From NCBI GenBank assembly GCA_005787785.1, contig SXZT01000038.1, positions 41,816 through 105,815 on the forward strand: DNA of 64,000 nucleotides, given 5' to 3'. A program made the translations under genes and the position numbers. The notes under the pieces are model-generated. The model was given only the letters and a program-made list of their open reading frames with translations, was not told where the DNA came from and ran no database searches. The stretch is from Actinomycetota bacterium (GTDB taxonomy: Bacteria > Actinomycetota > Acidimicrobiia > Acidimicrobiales > Ilumatobacteraceae). Positions 46,590 through 53,610 of this stretch are shown piece by piece (position 1 is the stretch's first letter; every line of letters begins with the position of its first letter).

Positions 46590-47516
46590 ATGTCCCGAAT
46601 CGTCACAGTCGGCGCCGCCCAAATGGGACCGATCCAAAAGGAGCACGCTCGCGCGGAGGCAGTCGCTCGACTTGTCGCCCTGCTCGAACAGGGTTCGCGC
46701 AACGACTGTGACCTCGTGGTGTTTCCCGAACTTGCGCTCACCACATTTTTTCCGCGTTGGTTCGTCGACGACATCTCACAAGCCGACCGCTGGTACGAGC
46801 GTGAGATGCCTTCGCGGGAGACGCAACCGCTGTTTGACGCAGCCAAGAAAATGAAGATCGGCTTCTCCCTCGGTTACGCAGAATTGACCGACGACGGCCA
46901 CCGCTTCAACACGCAGATTCTCGTCGAGCGCGACGGTTCCATCGTCGGGCGCTATCACAAGGTCCACATCCCGGGCCATGAGCACCATGAACCCGACCGC
47001 CCCTTTCAGCATGCGGAGAGGTATTACTTCGAGCCCGGCCCCGAGGGCTTCGGCGTCTGGAAGGCGTTCGGAGGCCGCGTGGGAATGATGATCTGCAACG
47101 ACCGGCGGTGGCCCGAGTCATACCGCGTCATGGGCCTGAAGGGTGTCGAGATCATTCTCTGTGGGTACAACACGCCGATCCATTACGTTCCCGACCCAAG
47201 CCAGGACATCCTGCAGGGCTTCCACAATTCCCTCGTGATGCAGGCCGGGGCGTACCAAAACGGATCTTGGGTCGTGGGCGTGGCCAAGGGTGGCATCGAA
47301 GAGGGCGTCGACTCCCTCGGCCAGTCGGCCATCATCGCGCCATCGGGGCAGATCGTCGCCCAGGCGTACACCACCGGCGACGAGTTGATCGTGGCACGCT
47401 GCGACCTCGATTGGTGCGCCAAGTACAAGGGCACCCTCTTCGACTTCGACCGCTACCGGCGTCCCGAGGTCTACGGTCCCATCACCGCCCAGCGGGGAGT
47501 CGTCCTCGAGGACTGA
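46590..47516 (+). CDS. N-carbamoyl-D-amino-acid hydrolase-type carbon-nitrogen hydrolase (nitrilase superfamily)
   Basis: Near-colinear with the Agrobacterium D-carbamoylase as I recall it: VVFPELALTTFFPRW (Glu), YHKVHIPG (Lys), MMICNDRRWPE (Cys). ATG lies 1 nt after the upstream stop. Confidence 0.88.
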   Translation: MSRIVTVGAAQMGPIQKEHARAEAVARLVALLEQGSRNDCDLVVFPELALTTFFPRWFVDDISQADRWYEREMPSRETQPLFDAAKKMKIGFSLGYAELTDDGHRFNTQILVERDGSIVGRYHKVHIPGHEHHEPDRPFQHAERYYFEPGPEGFGVWKAFGGRVGMMICNDRRWPESYRVMGLKGVEIILCGYNTPIHYVPDPSQDILQGFHNSLVMQAGAYQNGSWVVGVAKGGIEEGVDSLGQSAIIAPSGQIVAQAYTTGDELIVARCDLDWCAKYKGTLFDFDRYRRPEVYGPITAQRGVVLED

Positions 47517-47537
47517 CGCCGTCTTGCTTTGACAAAA

Positions 47538-47545
47538 TGTAAAAT
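47538..47545 (+). promoter_or_regulatory. candidate internal -10 element (TGTAAAAT) in an AT-rich island
   Basis: TAAAAT (47540-47545) fits TANNNT and sits in the locally AT-rich string CTTTGACAAAATGTAAAATG. A start about 7 nt downstream would fall inside the 5' arm of the hairpin. Confidence 0.3.
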
Positions 47546-47546
47546 G

Positions 47547-47584
47547 CCTCCAGGGTGGCCCTTTCGCGGGGCCTCCCCTGGAGG
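47547..47584 (+). promoter_or_regulatory. stem-loop pairing an anti-SD (CCTCC) with the Shine-Dalgarno (GGAGG) of the Mo-hydroxylase operon
   Basis: CCTCCAGGG-T-GGCCC (47547-47561) pairs with GGGCC-TC-CCCTGGAGG (47569-47584). That is 14 Watson-Crick pairs (12 G-C) and a 7-nt loop. GGAGG 47580-47584 lies 12 nt before ATG 47597. There is no U-tract after it, so it is not a classical terminator. Confidence 0.5.
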
Positions 47585-47596
47585 TGGGCACAAAAG

Positions 47597-50203
47597 ATGG
47601 CGAACAACTTGACGAGCGACACGGTCGCCTTCTCGGTCAACGGCACGCCCGTCATGGTCAGCGCCCGTCATCCCCATTTGCTCAGCGCGCTGCGTGACGA
47701 ACTCGACATCACGTCCCCGAAGGACGGCTGCTCACCCTCGGGCCAATGCGGTTGCTGCACGGTCCTCGTCGATGGCAAGGCCGTCGTCAGTTGCCAACAA
47801 CCATTGACGAAAATCTCCGGAGCAGAGATCACGACGCTCGAGGGCTTTGCAGTCGACGAACGCAAGAGGTTCGCCTCGGCTTTTGCGGCGTGCGGCGGTC
47901 TTCAATGCGGTTTTTGCATTCCCGGAATCGTGGTACGCGCAAAAGCCCAAATCGACAAAAAGGGTGCGGCGCTGAAATCCACTGACATGGCGCGTCATCT
48001 CGGAGCACATCTGTGTCGATGCACCGGATACGTAAAAATTCTCGAAGCCATCGACGCGGTCGCCAAAAACAACATTCCCGTTCGGCAGCAGTGCGGAGGA
48101 ATCGGCAGTCGGGGAACCAAGTACGAAGCAGACGAGCTTGCTCTCGGGGATCGTGGCTACGTCGACGACATTCGGTTACCCGGCATGCTGCATGCGGCGT
48201 TGCATCTGACCAATCATGCGCGGGCTGACATCGTCACGATCGACACCTCTGCGGCCGCAGCCCACCCCGGGGTCGTCGCCGTCCACACCGCGGACGACAT
48301 CCCCGGTGAACTTCGAGTAGGGATCATTCACAAGGACTGGCCGGTCATGATCCCCGTGGGTGGACGCACGTCGTATGCGGGCGACGTGCTCGCGATCGTC
48401 GTGGCGAACGACCGCATCGCTGCCCGTGAGGCCGCAGAATTGGTGCAGGTCACCTACAAACCCCTCCGACCGATCACGGACGCCGCCGCGGCGATCAACG
48501 ACAGCGAAGTCGCGGTGTGGGGCACCGACGACAACGTTTTGTCCACGAGCTCCTACTCACGCGGAGATGTGGATGCCGCAATTGCCAATTCGACCCACGT
48601 CGTCACCGAAACCTTCAAGACGCAACGGATCGAGCATGCGTTCCTCGAACCCGAGTCCACGCTCGCAGTGCCCTCGGTGCGCAATGGTCGCCGACACCTT
48701 CACGTGTACTCGGGTGGCCAAGGTATTTGGGACGATCGCAACGACATCGCTCGCGTTCTCGGCGTCGACAACGAGTCAATTACCGTCGAACTGGTGACGA
48801 ACGGAGGTGCGTTCGGGGGCAAGGAAGACATGAGCAACCAGGCTCATGCGGCCCTTGCAGCATGGCTCCTCGACAAACCGGTCAAATGCACGCTGTCGCG
48901 CGAAGAGAGTCTGCGAATCCACGCCAAGCGACACCCCATCACCATGACCTACGAGGCAGCCTGCGATACCGAAGGCCGGCTCTCGGCGTTGCGCGTGCGC
49001 GCAATCGGAGACAGCGGCGCTTACGCAAGCGTCGGGATGAAGGTCCTCGAGCGCATGGCCGGCCATGCAAGCGGGCCCTACGAGGTTCCGAACATCGACG
49101 TGCAAGCGGTTGCCGCCCGCACCAACAACCCCGTGTGCGGTGCTTTCCGCGGCTTCGGTGCGAACCAGGCACAGTTCGCCATGGAAGGGGTCCTCGATCG
49201 TCTCGCCGAACGAGTCGGCATCACCGGGTGGGAAATTCGCAAGCGCAACGTGATCAAACCAGGCCGCGTATGGGGCCCCGGTCAGATCATGGACGACGGT
49301 TGCCTCGGTGCCGAGATCTGTCTGGATGCGGTGAAGGACGCCTACGACGCCGCTCACGCCGCCGGCAAGGCGGTCGGTGTCGGACTCGGACTGAAGAACT
49401 CCGGCCTTGGCAACGGTTTCAAGGAAGTAACCCGTGCCGTGGTGCGCTTCAACAGCAGCGGCGACATTGAAGTTCGTCATGGATGGACAGAGATGGGTCA
49501 GGGCATCAATACCGTCGCCCTCCAGGTGGCGGTCGAGGAACTCGGGGTCGACCCAGGACGTGTTCGTGTCATTGTCGACACGACGCGCGAGCTCGGACTC
49601 GGCCAGACGACCGGCTCGCGCGGAACCTTGATGGGGGCCGGCGCCGTTCGCGCGGCATGCCTCACCGCCCGCGCGGAGGACTGTGCCCCCGACGTCGACC
49701 ACATGGGCGAATATCGCGTGGACTGGACGACCAAGCTCGGCGAGCCGGGCGTGGAGAACCCGACCATTCACTCGACGTTCGGATACGCAGCGCAACTTGT
49801 GATCGCTGACCGCGAGACGGGAAAGATCGAACGTGTTCTTGCTGCTCACGACGTTGGGCGTGCGGTCAATCCGACGCTGTGCGAGGGTCAAATCGAAGGC
49901 AGCGTCCACATGGGGCTCGGCTACGCGCTGACCGAAGACTTCCCTTCCGACCCGCAGACCGGGTTTCCCACCAACATGACTCTGCGCTCTCTCGGAATCC
50001 TGCGCGCGAAGGACGTGCCCGTCATCGACGTGATCCTCGTCGAGTCCCCGCAACCGAATTCGCCGTACGGCATCAAGGGTGTCGGCGAAATCGGACTCGT
50101 TCCCACCGCCGGTGCCGTCGCAGCCGCACTCCACGAAGTCGACGGCCAGTGGCGCAACCAACTCCCGATGCGTGCCGCCTCCGACGCGGGAGACGCCGAC
50201 TGA
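47597..50203 (+). CDS. fused [2Fe-2S]x2 + molybdopterin hydroxylase, no FAD domain (MOP/XdhD-like xanthine dehydrogenase family)
   Basis: The N-terminus carries both 2Fe-2S motifs (CSPSGQCGCCTV; CGFCIPG...CRCTGY). Mo-binding domains follow (GGAFGGKED, TNNPVCGAFRGFG, IKGVGEIG catalytic Glu). ATG 47597 is preceded by GGAGGTGGG. Confidence 0.88.
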   Translation: MANNLTSDTVAFSVNGTPVMVSARHPHLLSALRDELDITSPKDGCSPSGQCGCCTVLVDGKAVVSCQQPLTKISGAEITTLEGFAVDERKRFASAFAACGGLQCGFCIPGIVVRAKAQIDKKGAALKSTDMARHLGAHLCRCTGYVKILEAIDAVAKNNIPVRQQCGGIGSRGTKYEADELALGDRGYVDDIRLPGMLHAALHLTNHARADIVTIDTSAAAAHPGVVAVHTADDIPGELRVGIIHKDWPVMIPVGGRTSYAGDVLAIVVANDRIAAREAAELVQVTYKPLRPITDAAAAINDSEVAVWGTDDNVLSTSSYSRGDVDAAIANSTHVVTETFKTQRIEHAFLEPESTLAVPSVRNGRRHLHVYSGGQGIWDDRNDIARVLGVDNESITVELVTNGGAFGGKEDMSNQAHAALAAWLLDKPVKCTLSREESLRIHAKRHPITMTYEAACDTEGRLSALRVRAIGDSGAYASVGMKVLERMAGHASGPYEVPNIDVQAVAARTNNPVCGAFRGFGANQAQFAMEGVLDRLAERVGITGWEIRKRNVIKPGRVWGPGQIMDDGCLGAEICLDAVKDAYDAAHAAGKAVGVGLGLKNSGLGNGFKEVTRAVVRFNSSGDIEVRHGWTEMGQGINTVALQVAVEELGVDPGRVRVIVDTTRELGLGQTTGSRGTLMGAGAVRAACLTARAEDCAPDVDHMGEYRVDWTTKLGEPGVENPTIHSTFGYAAQLVIADRETGKIERVLAAHDVGRAVNPTLCEGQIEGSVHMGLGYALTEDFPSDPQTGFPTNMTLRSLGILRAKDVPVIDVILVESPQPNSPYGIKGVGEIGLVPTAGAVAAALHEVDGQWRNQLPMRAASDAGDAD

Positions 50204-51270
50204 TGGGCAACACCACGGGTGGGCTCGTCTGTGCACACCATCACCTCTACAGCGCGCTTGCGCGTGGCATGCCGGCCCCTCCCGAGGCGCCTTGCGACTT
50301 TCTGTCCGTGCTACGGCAGGTGTGGTGGCGACTCGATGCTGCGCTCGACCTCGACATCATCTACTGGTCCGCGGCATTGGGCGCCGCTGAAGCAGTGCTC
50401 GCAGGAACGACGACAATCATCGACCACCACGAGTCCCCCTCGTGCATCGAAGGTTCGCTCGACGCCATCGCGGCAGGATGCGCACTTGTTGGGGTTCGCG
50501 TCATTCCAAGTTACGGCGTGACGGATCGATGGTCGAACGACGGTCGCCTCGTCGACGTCTCACCACGGGACGCAATGTCCGAAGGAGCCCGTCGTGGTCT
50601 CGACGAGTGCGAGCGCTACATCAACTCGGGGCGGCCCGCGATGGTCGGCATTCATGCTTCATTCACGTGCTCCGATGAGACCATCGCCGCAGCGGCTGAC
50701 CTCGCGGAGCGAACGGGCGTGGGCGTCCACGTGCATGTTGCCGAGGGACCCGACGACAACAGTGCTCCCGGCCGTCTCGGCCGACTTGCGCGCGACAACT
50801 GGCTTCTCGTGCACTGTGTCGGTCTACGAGACCGGCTCCCCGGGACGATCGTTCACAATCCCCGCTCCAACATGAACAACTCCGTTGGCTACGCGCGGCC
50901 CGCCCGGTTCCCCAACAATGTCGTCCTCGGCACCGACGGGATCGGGGCCGACATGGCCGAAGAGTTCCGCCTGGCTTACGTTGCCGGTCGCAGCGACGAC
51001 ATCGGCTTCTCACCCGAGACCGCCTGGGCTTGGCTCACCAACGGCTGGGTGTTGGCACCACAATCGCGCGACGACTTAGTCGTATGGAACTACGACCACA
51101 TGGACAGTCCGTGGCACCTGGCTTTCAGCACGGGCACGCGGCCCCTCGAAGTCTCCATCGACGGCAAGCCAGTCGTGAAAGAAGCGCGACCGGTTTCGTT
51201 CGATCTCGAAGAGATTCGATGCAAGGCCGCCGAACAGGCAGACCGTCTCCACGAAAGGCTTGCCGCATGA
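50203..51270 (+). CDS. ssnA: SsnA-type amidohydrolase (metal-dependent hydrolase superfamily), N-terminally short
   Basis: ...[15 protein letters not shown]...[13 protein letters not shown]...IIDHHESP...[13 protein letters not shown]...[13 protein letters not shown]... is colinear with E. coli SsnA from about its residue 60 onward. ATG overlaps the upstream TGA (TGATG). Confidence 0.8.
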   Translation: MGNTTGGLVCAHHHLYSALARGMPAPPEAPCDFLSVLRQVWWRLDAALDLDIIYWSAALGAAEAVLAGTTTIIDHHESPSCIEGSLDAIAAGCALVGVRVIPSYGVTDRWSNDGRLVDVSPRDAMSEGARRGLDECERYINSGRPAMVGIHASFTCSDETIAAAADLAERTGVGVHVHVAEGPDDNSAPGRLGRLARDNWLLVHCVGLRDRLPGTIVHNPRSNMNNSVGYARPARFPNNVVLGTDGIGADMAEEFRLAYVAGRSDDIGFSPETAWAWLTNGWVLAPQSRDDLVVWNYDHMDSPWHLAFSTGTRPLEVSIDGKPVVKEARPVSFDLEEIRCKAAEQADRLHERLAA

Positions 51271-52283
51271 CCGAGAAGAAAATTGCGCAAGTCGCTCTCT
51301 ATCTTCAGGATGCGCACCGCATCCGCGAGGGAATGGAGTTCGTCAAGTACGCCGAGCAGAAAGGCTTCGATGCGGTGTGGCAAGCCGAAAGTCGTCTCGT
51401 CCGCGAAGCGACGGTTCCGATGGCGGCTTTCGCGTCCGTGACCGACCGCATCAAGGTCGGCAGCGGTGTCGTTGACTGTTGGAGCCGCAATCCGGCGCGC
51501 CTGGCTGCCACGTTTTCGACCCTCGACGACCTTGCACCGGGGCGCGTCATCCTGGGTATCGGTGCATGGTGGGATCCGCTTGCCCAGAAAGTCGGAATCA
51601 CGAGAGCCAAGCCGTTGCGCGCGATGCGCGAGATCGTCACTGCTGTGCGCGGCTTGCTCGCCAACGAGACGGTCACTTTTCACGGGGAATTCGTTCATCT
51701 CGATGGGGTCGAACTCGATTACGTCTACCAGGAGCGACGACCGAAGGAGGTGCCCATCTACATCGGGGCGACGGGCCTCCAGATGATGGAACTTACCGGC
51801 GAAATCGCCGACGGTGCGGTCCTCAACTACCTGGTGTCCCCCGACTACAACCAGCAGGCGATCGAGGCACTCGAACGTGGTGCGGCGAAGGCCGGACGGT
51901 CTATCGATGACATCGACCGACCGCAGCTCGTCGTGTGCAGCGTGCACGAGGACCGCAAGACCGCCCTCGACATGGCGCGGCTCATGGTCACCCAATACCT
52001 CGGGCAGCAACCGCACATCATGAAAGCATCAGGCGTTCCGCAGAGTCTTCTCGACAGGGTCGGCGAAGTTCTTACATGGCCGGCCACGCACGAACAGGTG
52101 GTCGCAGCGTCGAAACTGGTTCCGGACGAGATCGTGCAGATGTTGACGGCCAGTGGAACGCCCGAGGATGCCAGACGACAGGTTGCTCATTACATGCGCA
52201 ACGGCTGCACGTGCCCCATTCTGTATCCGCTCGGCGACGTCAAGGCGATGATCGATGCCTTCAGCGGTTGGAGTCCCGAATGA
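51267..52283 (+). CDS. luciferase-like monooxygenase (LLM) family oxidoreductase, probably F420-dependent
   Basis: ...[16 protein letters not shown]...KVGSGVV...RNPA..A....[18 protein letters not shown]... is typical of LLM-class F420-dependent enzymes. ATGA overlaps on both sides. Confidence 0.8.
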   Translation: MTEKKIAQVALYLQDAHRIREGMEFVKYAEQKGFDAVWQAESRLVREATVPMAAFASVTDRIKVGSGVVDCWSRNPARLAATFSTLDDLAPGRVILGIGAWWDPLAQKVGITRAKPLRAMREIVTAVRGLLANETVTFHGEFVHLDGVELDYVYQERRPKEVPIYIGATGLQMMELTGEIADGAVLNYLVSPDYNQQAIEALERGAAKAGRSIDDIDRPQLVVCSVHEDRKTALDMARLMVTQYLGQQPHIMKASGVPQSLLDRVGEVLTWPATHEQVVAASKLVPDEIVQMLTASGTPEDARRQVAHYMRNGCTCPILYPLGDVKAMIDAFSGWSPE

Positions 52284-53122
52284 GCGTGCACATGCCGACC
52301 ACCGTCGACGAGGCCGTCGCCCTCCTTGCCGACAATCCCGGAGCACGCCTGCTGTCGGGTGGGACCGACACGATGGTCGAAGTCAACTTCAACCATCTCA
52401 AGCCCGAAACCGTCATCGGACTCCGCCGTGTCGAATCCCTCCGGGATTACCGGGTCTCTTCCGAGCGCATCGAGATAGGGGCCGGCGTCCCCTATTCCCG
52501 TATGGAGACCGGGCCGCTCGCAGATGCCCTGCCGGCGCTCGCGGCTGCCGCCCGAACGGTTGGTTCACCGCAGATCCGGGCTGCGGGCACACTCGGCGGC
52601 AACCTCGGCACCTGTTCACCGGCAGGGGATGGCCTTCCCGTACTTGCCGCCCTCGACGCCGACGTGAATCTCAGGTCGCCGCGCGGACTTCGCTCCGTTC
52701 CCTTCGCAGAGTTCATGGTCGGCGTGAAGAGAAACTCACGTCTCGCCGACGAGATCATCGAATCGGTGTCGATAGTACCGACCCGGGGATATCAGGATTA
52801 CGCAAAAGTGGGCGTACGCAACGCGATGGTCATTTCCGTCGCGAGCGTCTGTTTCGTGCATGACCGCAACACGGCGTCGGTTCGCATCGCTCTTGGTGCC
52901 GTGGGCCCCACCATCATTCGCGCGCGCGAAGCCGAATCGTGGCTCACCGGACAGGTCGATGCCGCGGCGACACTACCGAACGACGAAAACATCGCGTCTG
53001 AGTTCGCACGCCGAGTGGCAGCCGAAGCACGCCCGATCGACGATCATCGATCCACCTCGGCGTACCGCCGCCATGCAATCCAGACCCTTGCGCGCCGCCT
53101 CTACATCCGGAGCACGAAATGA
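52280..53122 (+). CDS. FAD-binding subunit of a molybdenum hydroxylase (CoxM/XdhB/YgfM type)
   Basis: ...[11 protein letters not shown]... and ...[16 protein letters not shown]... FAD_binding_5 motifs. C-terminal CO-dehydrogenase flavoprotein domain (...RSTSAYRRH...). Confidence 0.85.
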   Translation: MSVHMPTTVDEAVALLADNPGARLLSGGTDTMVEVNFNHLKPETVIGLRRVESLRDYRVSSERIEIGAGVPYSRMETGPLADALPALAAAARTVGSPQIRAAGTLGGNLGTCSPAGDGLPVLAALDADVNLRSPRGLRSVPFAEFMVGVKRNSRLADEIIESVSIVPTRGYQDYAKVGVRNAMVISVASVCFVHDRNTASVRIALGAVGPTIIRAREAESWLTGQVDAAATLPNDENIASEFARRVAAEARPIDDHRSTSAYRRHAIQTLARRLYIRSTK

Positions 53123-53610
53123 ACGACACGACAGGCTTCTACGAACTCGTGGTCAACGGCAAGAAACGTGAGGTTCGCGACTCATGGGTCGGCGAGAGTC
53201 TTCTGTACGTCCTGCGCGAACGTCTCGGGCTGATGGGCAGCAAAGGGGCCTGCGAGCAAGGTGAGTGCGGGAGTTGCACGGTTCTCCTCGACGGCGATGC
53301 CGTCTGCTCGTGCCTCGTTCTCGCCGCAACGGCCACCGACAGCGAAGTCGTCACCGTCGAGGGTCTCGCTGCCGACGGAGCACCAACCGATGTGCAGAAG
53401 GCATTCGTCGAGCATGGTGCGGTGCAGTGCGGTTTTTGCACGCCGGGCCTGATCGTCGCAGTGCACCACCTCCTCGACCGCAACCCCGACCCGTCCGCAA
53501 TCGAAGTGAAGGAAGCACTCTCGGGCAACATCTGTCGTTGCACCGGATACGGCCGCATCTTTGCGGCCGTCGAAACAGTCGTCGCAATTCGCAAGGGAGC
53601 CGGCAAGTGA
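53119..53610 (+). CDS. (2Fe-2S)-binding small subunit of molybdenum hydroxylase
   Basis: CEQGECGSCTV, CGFCTPG and CRCTGY cluster motifs. 163 aa. Confidence 0.92.
   Translation: MNDTTGFYELVVNGKKREVRDSWVGESLLYVLRERLGLMGSKGACEQGECGSCTVLLDGDAVCSCLVLAATATDSEVVTVEGLAADGAPTDVQKAFVEHGAVQCGFCTPGLIVAVHHLLDRNPDPSAIEVKEALSGNICRCTGYGRIFAAVETVVAIRKGAGK

Noticed and set aside
47529-47534. Perfect TTGACA hexamer as a -35 element for the Mo-hydroxylase operon
   Set aside because: It lies only 5 nt upstream of the TAAAAT box, and no -10-like hexamer exists 16-19 nt downstream. The spacing is incompatible with a sigma-70-type promoter. A second TTGACA at 58328-58333 fails for the same reason, being 3 nt from the -10.
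48776-50236. 486-aa minus-strand ORF inside the fused Mo-hydroxylase gene
   Set aside because: It is the antisense shadow of a strongly supported gene, with low-complexity Arg/Val/Gly-rich translation. The same reasoning applies to 53139..54488 and 54909..55919.
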